64,000 nt of DNA from Octopus bimaculoides (Eukaryota), in assembly GCF_001194135.2 (NCBI RefSeq), contig NC_068982.1, positions 182,999,290 to 183,063,289 on the forward strand. Reading direction: 5' to 3'. Made by a program: the position numbers and the translations under genes. The first letter of the stretch is position 1; every line of letters begins with the position of its first letter. Below, one piece after another: positions 15,271-28,757 of the stretch. The notes under the pieces are model-generated. The model had not been told where the DNA came from. It saw nothing but the letters and a program-made list of their open reading frames with translations, and did no database searches.

Positions 15271-16177
15271 TGAGGGAAATTCCCCTCTCTCTGTTATATA
15301 TACATAAATACAGACGTAGTAGATAACAGCTGGCCTTCGGCCGCCCTTTTGCACCCTGTTGTGTCCTCTACTCTGGTTGGTTGGTCGGTATTAGCGCAAC
15401 TTGTCTCTTGCTCTATTGCGCGCCAATATGCAACCCAACCAATCGCAGTCTTCTGATAAGGTCACGTGAGACAGTCTGTTTTAAACCTCCTGTGAGCCGA
15501 CTGCACCCTATAAAACTCTAGCTTCACATCGAGTCGAGGTCTTTGGTTCCAGACCTTTTAAGGTCTAGCCACTGACCACACAGGACACAGCCAGTTCCAG
15601 CGACAACATCACAGCAGCTACATGGAGACTCATCAACTTCATCCAGCAGCATTCAGCAACCTCCATCTCGTCTGCTACCATTTGTCCTAACGTCATCACC
15701 TCTCTACGTACACAGCAACCAGCAACTCGCACAGGTCTCAACACAACACTGTTCATGAATTAATTCACCATGGTTAGCAGCAAATACAACCTGCGAGAAC
15801 TTCCTGTACCAAGTGACCGGCAGCAGCATCGTAGCCACAACTTCTTGCACGACAGTACCTCAACCGGCTCTGCATTACAGCCACAACTTCTTGATACAGC
15901 TTTTCAACTATCGTGTACATTGACTACGAACTGGTATTTATCATCCTTGAGTCTGAACCTTCTTCTAACGTCCTATTATAGATTCTTTCAAAGCTCTGTA
16001 CTTATCGCACACGCATGCATTCATGTTTGTACACACACACTTTGTTCTCATGACGGCCTGTCTATTATTATGTATATATGACGCACACACATGTTAACAT
16101 ATAAATAAAATCTTCTCTTAAACATTCGGTTGTGTCTCTCTTTTCCTTCTGGCACATATACGCATTTATTCTTTTCA
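15271..16177 (+). mobile_element. Possible solo LTR inserted within a family A SINE
   Basis: TGA...TCA ends, CCAAT 15439, E-box 15462, TATAAAA 15509, AATAAA 16104. SINE head lies to the left and SINE tail to the right. No clear TSD. Confidence 0.4.
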
Positions 16178-17317
16178 TATTTATTGCATCGACCGTGTGA
16201 TGTGCAAAGGAGCCATTCTCGTCACCTCACTTCGCATGGTCGTTTACAAATAGAAAAACTACTGGAGCCGATTTGTTCGACTAAGACCCTTCGATAGAGT
16301 GCCCTAGCATGGCCACAATCCAATGAGTAAAACAAGTAAAAGACATTATCGATCCTTTGTTAACGACTCGAACCTGTTTCAGAACATTATTCATTGCTAC
16401 AAAACTTCGTTTGCACATCAATTATAAGTTCTAAAACTTCAACAAAGTCCGAAAATCTCTCAAAACTTCTCTTGAAAAGTTAATAAAGCACAAATTATCA
16501 ATATAAAGTAAATGCATATAATAAAAAACAATCCCTTGATAGTACAATACGCTAATAACTAAGAAAATCAAATAGAAAGAATAAAAAACATTAATAAATA
16601 AAAGAAATCTACAGATCATTTGAAAAATCTCTTCCTCACAAAGATATAAAAGATATAAACATTTATTAAATAAACAGGTGTAATTACACGATAAATAGCA
16701 TGAATAATTATGTAAAAAAAACAAGTAATTAATTAAATTTCTGAAAATTAATTAATCATTTAATTAAATTCATGGTAAGTTCCATTCTTTGTTATAAACT
16801 GCTTTGTTATATCTTGCCATGTTATATATATATCATTAAAACGAAATAGCAAAGTAGACGGTCTAGGGTTAGAATTTCTTTTTCACTTTAATAAAATATC
16901 AAGAAGAAACCGATAGAATAAGTGTCAGGCTTTAAAAAGTAAACACCTTGAACGTGATGCCCCAGTGCGGTTGCAGCCCAATGAATGAAACAAGTAAAAG
17001 ATAAAAGATAAGGGGATCACCATAGTCAGTTCTTGTGAACATTCCAAAGGTCTTAATAAACTTCATCAGCAAATTTTTTCAGTCCTGGCTTAATAACCGC
17101 TGACGTAGGTATTGTGGTATCACAATGACAAAAAGAAACCTTCTTTACCTTTTTTCTATATACGCATCTATATTTCGGACGTGGGTGGCACTCCTCAGAG
17201 TTTATTCATTGTTGCACAGATTTAGCCTCTCTTCTCGATAGAAAACCCTAAGCTCTTCACTCTCAGCTCATAAGCACTCAACAAACTTTGAGGAGTTTGA
17301 GATTTCAAAGTCAGACT

Positions 17318-17454
17318 CGGTACGTGACCCGAGAATAAATATGAGAAATAATGCATCATGGACATATTATCAAGACAGCATATATGTATATATGCGTACA
17401 TATATGCATATACATACTTATATATATACATATATGTATGTATGTATACATGTA

Positions 17455-17511
<57 letters not shown>

Positions 17512-17521
17512 GTGTGTGTGA

Positions 17522-17552
<31 letters not shown>

Positions 17553-17997
17553 TGTGTGTGTGTCTGTGTGTGTGTGCGTGTGTACAAGAGTTACAGAATG
17601 GAGTAGATAAGATCCGGGCTGCATATGTTTCACAACGAACGGAACCTCGGAGGTGGTAAATATCCAAGCGAGATGGATACCGCGGTCTACATGTCATATG
17701 AAGGGTATCTTGATCAAATGAAGTTTACATTGTCACAAGGAGATACATTTTAACACACGTGTGTGTCGCAAGGAGGTACATGTTAACACACGCGTGTGTT
17801 AACCTGTACCTCCTCGCGACAATGTAAACTTCATTTAATCAAGATACTCTTGACCTGACGATTAACCTCCGGTATTCACCTCTCTTGGATATTTACCAAA
17901 CGAGGTGTATGAAACATATGTATCGCGGATTTTGTTTACTCCATTCCTTAACTCTTGTATTCTTATTCGCATACCCAGTAACAGTGGTTACGTACCG
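17318..17997. repeat. Large imperfect palindrome (fold-back) centred at 17792/17793
   Basis: Centre TTAACACACG|CGTGTGTTAA. Arm complementarity can be followed clearly to 17583/17960 and weakly across the microsatellite to about 17318/17997. Confidence 0.75.
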
Positions 17998-18189
17998 GGA
18001 AATATATTTTAAAAAATATCAACTTATAGTACTTCGATACGAAAAATCCCACCATAAACCCTCAATAAATCACTATTGTCCCTGAAAGTTGTCTTTATAT
18101 TTACCACGATTTCTTGAAGCTACCTTACTTCCTACATCTCGATCTTGGGATATTATATATATATAATTGTTCATCTCTCGGTGGTGTGT

Positions 18190-18228
<39 letters not shown>

Positions 18229-18234
<6 letters not shown>

Positions 18235-19191
18235 AAAATTCAAAAACTAGAGTAGTGGGGAGAAATATGTACAGTGATGGGTATGTAATCGTGAATTAGA
18301 ATATGTATGGAGATCAAAGTTGGTTATGCGTGCATATTTAGACGTGTTCCGTATTTTTCGATGAATAAATTTTCTTTATTTAAACGTTCTTTTATAGAAA
18401 TTGTATCTTTGCACTAGTAGAAGGGAAAAACTGTGAAATTTGGTTTGATGTTACCCGCACATCTCTCTATGTATCCACTTAAAGGAATCTGTCTGTATTG
18501 CGGAAACCGGATCTGCTCTCTATGTAGAGTGGTTCTCCGTCTGAATGTCATGCTCATCTTTCCTATTAATAAATTAGAATCTCAGAGGCACAGGTGAATT
18601 TAGTTTTAATTGTGAACCTCTCTCCTTGTTTGAAAAGGAAATCCTAGCCTTCAAGTAGGTTGGAGCATGTTCTACATTTTGGGCATCCACATTTTTTAAC
18701 CGTTGGTTTCGTGGTGGTTGTGTAAAGCTTCGCATTTATTACAAGTATCTTTAGCAGTTTGTGCTGCATTATGCAAAGAGAGAGGTTCATAATTAAAATC
18801 AATTTCACTTGTGCCTCTGGGAATCTAATTTATGCAATAACCTGCTCGGGTTGTGGCATGACTATATAGGAAAGACAAGTATGACATTCAGACGGAGAAC
18901 CACTCTACATAAAGAACAGACCCGGTTCCCGCAATACAGACAGATTCTTTTAAGCAAACACATAAAGAGATGTGCCGGTAACATCAAACCAAACTTCACA
19001 GTTTTCTCCTTCTACTAGTGCAAAAATACAATATCTACACAAGAACGTTTAAATAAAGAAAATTTATTCATCGAAAAATACAGAACACGTCTAAATATGC
19101 ACGCATAACCATCTTTGATCTCTATACATATTAACACACGATTACATACCTATCACTGTACATATTTCTCTCCACTACTCTAGTTTTTAAA

Positions 19192-19200
<9 letters not shown>
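18229..19200. mobile_element. Penelope-like (Neptune/Naiad-type) GIY-YIG 3' end present as an inverted duplication
   Basis: Minus arm reads KKCGCPKCRTC...FTCASEILIY. Plus arm reads FTCASGNLIYAITCSGCG/YIGKT...RLNKENLFIEKY. Arms 18229-18625 and 18778-19200 are reverse complements. Confidence 0.8.
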
Positions 19201-19262
<62 letters not shown>

Positions 19263-22200
19263 NNNNNNNNNNNNNNNNNNNNNNNNNNNNNNNNNNNNNN
19301 NNNNNNNNNNNNNNNNNNNNNNNNNNNNNNNNNNNNNNNNNNNNNNNNNNNNNNNNNNNNNNNNNNNNNNNNNNNNNNNNNNNNNNNNTATCAAAGAGAA
19401 AAGAAACCCAAGATTTGAGACGAAAACTGCAAGTTTAGTCTATAATATAAAAACATTAAGTGGCAAACCTTCATTTAATTTTATCACATCTTCTCAAGTA
19501 TGACCTGGAAAAACGAATGGAGAGCGAATATACTTTGATAATATATATATACATGGCGGTTGCCCATTACTCGATGTGTAAGTACTTTTACTGTTTTACA
19601 TGTAAAATCTAAAGTTATTGTTCGATATCAAAGAGAAAAGAAACCCAAGATTTGAGACGAAAACTGCAAGTTTAGTCTATAATATAAAAACATTAAGTGG
19701 CAAACCTTCATTTAATTTTATCACATCTTCTCAAGTATGACCTGGAAAAACGAATGGAGAGCGAATATACTTTGATAATATATATATACAACTATTTGTA
19801 CTAACACATGCTCGCAAAGAATTTAAACACACATTCGTGGATACATTCCCATAAATTAGAAACGAAACACTGTCTCGTTCAATTCACTGAACAGTTAGAA
19901 ATCAATCAGAAAAAAAAAAGCAATCACCCGTGGATACTCCGCTTATTTAAGTTCTGTTTTTCTGACTTCATTGACTCAAACAGAAAGTTCTGCTAACTTC
20001 ATGGTATCATGCCTCCAACTTTATTAGAAGAAACCAGTAATGATCTAAACAAAGAAACGGTTAACAAATTACGTAATAAGTAAGCTCGGAAGATTTGGGT
20101 TTTGACATTAAGTACAGCTTCTTTCTTCGAAGAAATGGTAAGTATCACTTTAAATGTGTTAGCGTTTATTTACGCACTTCATTTTACGTTGATAAAAGGA
20201 CTCGACCCCAAATATCAGAACTCATTTCTTATATATATGACAGACGAAGAGTTAAATCCCATTAGTTACAAGACTCTAAAAGACATTCCTATTTTGGTGG
20301 AGCCCATTACAACCAAAACTTTTTTGAACAAGACGTTTTAGGATTCAGATATAATATAGAGATTATGTCTTTCGATTCAAATATAAGTGGAGTTTGTCTA
20401 TGAATTAGAATATTGCTTCAGTTTTATGACTATCCAGACAAATATATTTACCAGCTCAATAACACCTGCAAAATCATTTATCACAGACGATGACATACAC
20501 ACACATACAAAAAAGAAAGACTCTCACATACACGGATACAAATATACATGCTCGCACGCATACATTCTCACAAATTATAAAACGACGAAACAATGTCTCG
20601 CCACAATTTACTGAACAACCAAAAGTCAATCAGAAACGACCAATCGCCCGTAGATATTCAGATGATTTAAGTTCTGCTTTCCAAACTTCTCTGACTTAAA
20701 TTGAAAACTATGCGAACTTTATGGAAACTTATTGCCAACATTATTAACTCAATTACATCTGAATTCACACATAATTCTTCTCAATAAAGATTATATTTCT
20801 TATAATCTAATTTTCTTGTTTGTAATTCCATTCCAAGAGAACGAACTAAAGATTCATTCATACAGTCAATCTATTTCTTTTTGCTTTCAGGAACGCTTTA
20901 ATAATCCCTTGTACACAGTCACTCCACCACACACACATATATATCAACACAAACACACACACATATATCCACACGTTTATATATATTTACGATGTCGTAA
21001 TCATTGCAATCCATGATTAAATAACAATGTTAAAAACAGAGTAAATATGGCTTACAATGTGGTTAAGGTGTTTCCGGTCACATTTTTTCAGGGGAATCTG
21101 TTCACCCTACACTGCGTGAAGTTTTATATAAATGCATCCTGAAACAGATGAGCTTTCAATATACACTCCACTCCCCATCAGGATGAAGGGAGAGATATGA
21201 TATATAACGTACAAAGTCAGTAGCTCATTGCATTCCTATAAAGAATAGGGAACATGCCAAAAGAATACCTTTTTAGAGGATAAACGAAAGGCATAAGAAA
21301 TTATAATGATCAATAGTTAAAAGGAAGTTATTCAACTAACAATACAAGAAATAAAGTGCAATTTAGTAAGTTTTAAATCCAGTTAAAATAAATATTTTAC
21401 TTTATTCTTGTTCCCTGGTATAACTATAGAACTGTCTGTCCTCTGACGTTTCCAGTAGCATATCGAATTGTGTGTGTAGGGGTGGGGGTGCGTATGTGTG
21501 TGTGTGTATGTGTGTGTGTGTGTGTGTGTGCGTGTGTGTGTGTGACCAAACTGATCTTCAAAGAACATGAATTGTTGGAGTGTGGATGGCTAGAGCTTCA
21601 GTCACTAAAACTGTTGAATTGATCTTTTACGTTATATATAGATATATAAATAGATAGATGAGTAAATAGGTATATATATATATATATANNNNNNNNNNNN
21701 NNNNNNNNNNNNNNNNNNNNNNNNNNNNNNNNNNNNNNNNNNNNNNNNNNNNNNNNNNNNNNNNNNNNNNNNNNNNNNNNNNNNNNNNNNNNNNNNNNNN
21801 NNNNNNNNNNNNNNNNNNNNNNNNNNNNNNNNNNNNNNNNNNNNNNNNNNNNNNNNNNNNNNNNNNNNNNNNNNNNNNNNNNNNNNNNNNNNNNNNNNNN
21901 NNNNNNNNNNNNNNNNNNNNNNNNNNNNNNNNNNNNNNNNNNNNNNNNNNNNNNNNNNNNNNNNNNNNNNNNNNNNNNNNNNNNNNNNNNNNNNNNNNNN
22001 NNNNNNNNNNNNNNNNNNNNNNNNNNNNNNNNNNNNNNNNNNNNNNNNNNNNNNNNNNNNNNNNNNNNNNNNNNNNNNNNNNNNNNNNNNNNNNNNNNNN
22101 NNNNNNNNNNNNNNNNNNNNNNNNNNNNNNNNNNNNNNNNNNNNNNNNNNNNNNNNNNNNNNNNNNNNNNNNNNNNNNNNNNNNNNNNNNNNNNNNNNNN

Positions 22201-22655
22201 NNNNNNNNNNNNNNNNNNNNNNNNNNNNNNNNNNNNNNNNNNNNNNNNNNNNNNNNNNNNNNNNNNNNNNNNNNNNNNNNNNNNNNNNNNNNNNNNNNNN
22301 NNNNNNNNNNNNNNNNNNNNNNNNNNNNNNNNNNNNNNNNNNNNNNNNNNNNNNNNNNNNNNNNNNNNNNNNNNNNNNNNNNNNNNNNNNNNNNNNNNNN
22401 NNNNNNNNNNNNNNNNNNNNNNNNNNNNNNNNNNNNNNNNNNNNNNNNNNNNNNNNNNNNNNNNNNNNNNNNNNNNNNNNNNNNNNNNNNNNNNNNNNNN
22501 NNNNNNNNNNNNNNNNNNNNNNNNNNNNNNNNNNNNNNNNNNNNNNNNNNNNNNNNNNNATATATATATATATATATATATATACGAAGAGCTTCTTTCA
22601 GAGTCAGTTTCTAACAAGTCCACTCACAATGCTTTTGGTCTACCTGAGGCTATAA

Positions 22656-23439
22656 GTGACAACAGAACACCTCCATGCTAACCTTGTGTCAACCAAAACT
22701 GTTTGTCGAAAGCTTCTTAAACCTGGATACCATGGAAAGGCTACAACTGCTAAACTTTTTGTTCCCCTATCAACATTTATGAGCGGATAAAATGATGTCT
22801 ATATTATTAGAAGTGGTCAATTGCTCAATGAAGCTTTTCTTCTTACTTCGGAGCAAGTTGATGTTTGAAGACAGCCCAAAAATCCTTCAGCCCTGAGTGT
22901 CTGTCCTTACTGTTAAGCATGGAGGTGGCCCTGTGATTACTTGGGCAGCCATATCACAGAATTCTCTGCGCCCTTTGGTTGTTCTACATAACAGAGTTAA
23001 CGTCACGGATTATCGGAGTATTTTGGCTGATTATGTTCGTCCGATAGTACAAACATTGTTCCCTGACGATAACAATCCTCCAGGGTGTTGAGGCACCGAT
23101 TTCGCATGGCTAATGTTATTCAAAATTGGTATGAAGAGCACAAAATGTTCCATGTGGATTAGACCCCAAAATCAATGGATCTTAATATAATTGAACATTT
23201 ATAGTGCATTTTCGATCAGTTAGTCAGGTTCCACTTCCCTCGGCCATCGAAAACGATAAAGCCAAAGCAAATTTTACTAGAATAATTGGCACAGAATTCC
23301 CCTAACAACCGTTCAGAACCTGTACAAGTCAATTCCTAGGTATATTAAAGCTGAGATTAATGCCAAAGTTGGACCAACTACGTAATGAATATTAAAATTT
23401 CCATTTAACATGTTTTCATTATTCTATCCAGCTTCTGTA
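22656..23439 (+). mobile_element. Tc1-like transposase fossil
   Basis: TVKHGGGPVITWAAIS and ...MDLNIIEHL motifs, N-terminal VSTKTVCRKL, and a TIR-like end ttttcattattctatccagcttctgta. Confidence 0.8.
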
Positions 23440-24651
23440 TGTATGTATGTGTGTATGCATGTGTGTATGTATGTATGTATGTATGTATGTATGTATGTAT
23501 GCATCATATCAATGACCATTCTTGTTCAATTCATATTGCTCTATATTGCGTGGCAACCCGTGTAACTGTCTTTAGTGCAACATCGACTGTCAAGCATTTA
23601 GATGTGCCGCAAGGTAGCTTATGATAGATATTTCATAATTTTTGTGATATATANNNNNNNNNNNNNNNNNNNNNNNNNNNNNNNNNNNNNNNNNNNNNNN
23701 NNNNNNNNNNNNNNNNNNNNNNNNNNNNNNNNNNNNNNNNNNNNNNATATATATATATATATATATAAGTTCCTTCTTTTTGTTTGCTTAATTCACATGA
23801 AGTTATAGCACCGATTACTTTACGAGCTGTTGTGCACCATCAGTGGTTAAATACTTCACGTAGATGAAGCCACATTGTGCTGTCTAGGTTCATGTACATC
23901 TATCTGATACACGCACACACACGCACCTACGCACGCATACGGTGAAGGAACATGTATTGTAACATCTACATACGTATGTATATACAAGTGTGTCTTTATG
24001 TGTGTGTATGAACCGAGTTAGTGCAATGTACAGGAGTTGGGGAAGAAAACAAAGGATAGAAAGTTGACGACAAGAAGCTATTTATTCAAACATATTCATT
24101 TCGATACAAGCAACTATATTAGCTTCTGAATAGTTTAAATTTTTATTGTAAAGGTCATGGGTTAAATTCAATATCGGCATTGTTCTGTAGAGAATAAGAC
24201 ATTTCGCCAATTTGATAGACTCTGTGTTGATTGGTAAAAGATAGACTTTTGTGAGTGTTTTATCACGGACAGCATAATGAAGATGCTTTCAGTGCCTTCA
24301 AGCAGGACTTCAGCTAGTGACAATGTTTATTTTATCAAATAAACACGACAAATATAAAGTGTTTTATGCTAGATATATGTTAGTGATGAGTGAAATGTAG
24401 TGAAAGAGATATAAGATGAAGGTTTAGTGTGTGAGTTTCTGCGTCCACGTGTGTATGGAGAGCGAGAGAGAGAGAGAAAGAGGGAGAACGGGAGAGAGAG
24501 AGATCTAAGAGTGGTAAGGTGAAGATAGTCGCATACTATTAAGATTGCAAACATACATAGATGGATATACGATAGGGAGGTGGAGGGATAGAGAATGAGC
24601 TTTGTGTAAGATGGAGCGAAGACAGATACATATATGAAAAGTTGCAGCTAG

Positions 24652-24751
<100 letters not shown>

Positions 24752-24753
24752 GT

Positions 24754-24793
<40 letters not shown>

Positions 24794-25377
24794 TTATATA
24801 TGCGTGTATGTGATTGTGCTTTGGTTTACGTAAGAAAAACTTGAGTCTATTGAGACACGTATAAACTGCCAAACGGAGAGACAGCAGGTTCGAAATATAG
24901 ATATTTTTAGCTTATGGTGGTTAATATACTTAAGGTAGTGATGGAAAATGAATTAAACATTTGATGTTACATCTATTAGAGACATTAGGATTAATGACAA
25001 AATTCATTAAAAATGAAATCGTAATATGCAACTGGAAGTGAATGAGGCTGACCTTTGATCGGTTTTGTGTCATTTGTGAACATTTTTCAACTTAATTAAA
25101 CCTTTTCCAGAAAGTATAATCTAACACAGATCTACAAAATGACTTAGAACGGCTTAGAGTAGATACAATTTTTATACCATACATACATGCATGTTCACCC
25201 GCTTTGGTCTCCACTTGGCACCAACTCTCATAATTCACCATTGTTATTTTAATTACAATGCTTAGTTTCTTTATTACTAACCAGATACTTCATTAATGAA
25301 AGAATTCAACTAATATATAGAACGATAATATATATTTTTTTCTACATTGATGACGGAGGCTCCATTTATCTAATGTT

Positions 25378-25413
<36 letters not shown>

Positions 25414-25452
25414 CGCGTGTGTGTGTGTTCGCCCGCGCATGCGTACGCGCGC

Positions 25453-25514
<62 letters not shown>

Positions 25515-26459
25515 AATATTAGAAAAAATAGGTCACAAGAATGGAAACGCCAGTTCTTTGACCATTTAAATCAATTTATATTTGTTTCTTTACCAGAAGA
25601 AACTGGCTTTATCTCTTAAGCTAGCTTACAATTTGTTATTCCTTCGAGTCTCCCATATTTATAACATTTATATATATGAATTCATAGAAAACCTTATAGT
25701 CTTGTAATTTAACTATTTGTGCTTTAAACAGACACATTAAATAAAAGAAGCATTCAATCACAAACATTATCATCAAACATGTTTACCTTAATAGTCTACT
25801 AAATATTATTAATGGAGTGCCATGAAAAACACACCTGTACCTAATCAATGTTTTTTATTTTCTTTTTATTTATTTATTTTAGCAACAATTTATTTGTGAA
25901 AACATAAATTTGTTGTCACTTGTTTCCATAGGTTTGTCATCTGCTGCTTTCAATTTTTTTTTTTTTTGAAAACAAAAATGATTAAACACTTTGTAAAACA
26001 ATTCTGAGAATATTCTGAAGAATACAGACTTTACCAAAATGAGAACATTTGTGCTATAAAATATGCTGTTTGCTTGATCTAAAACCTTCTTTTTAAACTT
26101 GTTTCTGAAAAGCTGTTATTNNNNNNNNNNNNNNNNNNNNNNNNNNNNNNNNNNNNNNNNNNNNNNNNNNNNNNNNNNNNNNNNNNNNNNNNNNNNNNNN
26201 NNNNNNNNNNNNNNNNNNNNNNNNNNNNNNNNNNNNNNNNNNNNNNNNNNNNNNNNNNNNNNNNNNNNNNNNNNNNNNNNNNNNNNNNNNNNNNNNNNNN
26301 NNNNNNNNNNNNNNNNNNNNNNNNNNNNNNNNNNNNNNNNNNNNNNNNNNNNNNNNNNNNNNNNNNACATATATATATCGATTTTTTTCAGACAGTATTC
26401 ATGAAACCGCTATTAGTGGACAATTGTTGTTAGTATGACATTTCTGTACACCTTTCATT

Positions 26460-26612
26460 AATGGGGTAAGGGTAGTGGTAGAGCGGTAACAGGGATGTAA
26501 TGGTAGAGGATATAGCAAAAGAGGTGGTGGACACGCGGTGGTGATAGTTGTTGTACGTGTGCGTGATATGATGTTGGTTGTGGTTTCTGTATTGCTATTG
26601 TTGCTGTTGTTG

Positions 26613-26673
<61 letters not shown>

Positions 26674-27160
26674 CGGTGGTGTAGTAATGAATATAGTGGT
26701 GCAGTTTATGGTTTTGGTGAACGCATTGCAGTTGGTATCGAGACAGTGATTTTGGTGGAAGAGGTTGATTGAATGGCAGCGTTGATGCTGATGGTGATTG
26801 GATGGGGTGCTGCTGATAGTGGTGGTGTTATGGGAGTTATAGAGGTAATGAGTGATGATGATGGTGATGGTAGTACGAGAGGAAGTAGTGTGGGTAGAAG
26901 AGATGGTGATGATGGCGGTAGGGCTTTGAGTATAGTAGTGGTAGCTGCAGTAAGTGGTTCTGATGGCTGTGTAGGTGGTGGTAGAAGTAGTAGTTGTGAT
27001 GCTCATGGTGGAAGTAGTGGTGGTGCTAGTGGTGCTAGTGCTGCTGTTGCTGTTGCTTATCGATGCCATCGACATATTGATTTTGTTGTTGTTGTTACTG
27101 CTGCTGTTGTTATTTTTGTCGTCGTCGTCGTCGTCGTTTTTATTGTTGTTGTTATTCATA
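26460..27160. repeat. Trinucleotide-rich cryptic simple sequence including (TAG)n
   Basis: Mixed GTA/GGT/GAT/GTT tracts. Confidence 0.85.
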
Positions 27161-27501
27161 TCCCAACAGAATTGCAAAGCTACAATACGAATTGAAATGA
27201 CAGAATTTTTGCAACTCTTAATTGACTTGGGACTCGAAATTTCTGGTGAAAACTTGTCTCTGGGGACTGTGCCGCGAGTGCAAGTTTAGTAGAACAATCT
27301 GGATTCCATTCTAAATAGATTTCCATGTCAAAAACGCTGTTCCGATAGAACCTAGTCACCATCATGATCGTCGCCATCTTGGTTATTGTCATCGTCGTTA
27401 TAATGAGATAGATGATATTTATTTATATATTCTATAAAACAGTAATTGCTAAGTCGGTGCAGTCGAAGTATGTGATACTTACGTCGATCAACCACTTATA
27501 T

Positions 27502-27717
27502 GCCTTTCTTTTAAAGACACAAGGCCCGAGATTTGCGGGGAGAGGACTAGTCGATTACATCGACCTCGGTGTTTCTCTGGTACCTAATTTATCAGCCCCG
27601 AAAGAATGAAAGGCAAAGTCGACCTCGGCGGATTTTGAACTCAGAACTTAGCGACGGGCGAAATGCCGCTAAACATTTCGTCCAGCGTGCTAACGGTCCT
27701 GCCAGTTCGCTGCCTTA
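27502..27717 (-). mobile_element. Family B SINE with a 15-bp TSD
   Basis: ATCAACCACTTATAT at 27487-27501 and 27718-27732. Confidence 0.9.
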
Positions 27718-27938
27718 ATCAACCACTTATATTGCTATATTTTGCTATCTAGGAATACCCAGTTATACTCCTTTATGGGAGTTTCTGTCAGTTTTTACAT
27801 TTCATCCTGTTGGTTACAACTATATATTGTTTGATGCTGTTGTTGATATATTAAATCCCGATTTGTTATATGTTAGAGAAGCGTTTAGTGAAGATCTAGC
27901 CATCTCATCTTGAAGAATAAATACAAATTTGTGTTTGA

Positions 27939-28015
<77 letters not shown>

Positions 28016-28030
28016 TAATAATAATCTATT

Positions 28031-28169
28031 ATTTACATTATTTACAATTGACGGATATTTGTCCTCATCTTGTTTGTTGTTAACACAACGTTTCGACTGA
28101 TATACCACCTTCATCAGGTGTGTTGGGGAAATTTCGAACTTGGGTTCTCATTCCTAAGGTATCTTTCGA
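28031..28169 (-). mobile_element. Family C element, 3' half with hammerhead-like motif (core 28111-28117)
   Basis: Minus strand reads AACACAC-CTGATGA-A-GGTGGTATATCAGTC-GAAAC-GTT-GTGTT. Core is intact; stem II is shortened by a deletion. Confidence 0.75.
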
Positions 28170-28297
28170 TGTTGTTGTTGTTGTTGTTANNNNNNNNNNN
28201 NNNNNNNNNNNNNNNNNNNNNNNNNNNNNNNNNNNNNNNNNNNNNNNNNNNNNNNNNNNNNNNNNNNNNNNNNNNNNNNNNNTTATTATTATTATTA

Positions 28298-28590
28298 TTC
28301 AGTAGTTTTATTTTTATAACGTGCTTTCACTTCACTACCGAGCGCAGCTCTGTGCGCCTTGGGTATGTGCTGTGGTTTGCTGTGGTGCTCTTATGTTTAC
28401 TGTATTGAAAGTGTTTTGCGTAGAATGTGTGCAGTACCCAGTAGTGCAATTTTCTGTATGTTATATATATTTGTAAGTCCTGGTGTTTTTGTTATGTATT
28501 TGTCTGAATATTTTTTTATTATACCTAAGGCACCTACTATGATAGGAATTGTTTCTGTTTCTGTTTTTAGATTCCACATTCGACATTCGA
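28298..28590 (-). mobile_element. Second R4/Dong-like 3' fragment
   Basis: ORF ...TIPIIVGALGIIKKYSDKYITKTPGLTNIYNIQKIALLGTAHILRKTLSIQ* with the same 3' UTR as the 47634 copy. (TTA)n on both sides. Confidence 0.8.
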
Positions 28591-28647
<57 letters not shown>

Positions 28648-28654
28648 TCAAACA

Positions 28655-28723
28655 CAGGTGTGTTGGGGAAATTTCGAACTTGGGTTCTCATTCCTAAGTT
28701 ATTTTTCGATGTTGTTGTTGTTG

Positions 28724-28757
<34 letters not shown>

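Noticed and set aside
19389-19789. Exact ~163-bp direct repeat (19389-19552 and 19626-19789)
   Set aside because: Identical copies abutting an N gap; most likely a contig-overlap artefact.
20097-20124. Possible micro-exon ending ATG|GTAAGT
   Set aside because: A single good donor with a poor acceptor and no link to any coding sequence.
21598-22623. Long ORFs (up to 346 aa) in the supplied track, here and at 33155, 34934, 55036 and 62152
   Set aside because: They consist of N runs or microsatellite translations ([12 protein letters not shown]). Only the start of the 62152 ORF is real (exon 3).
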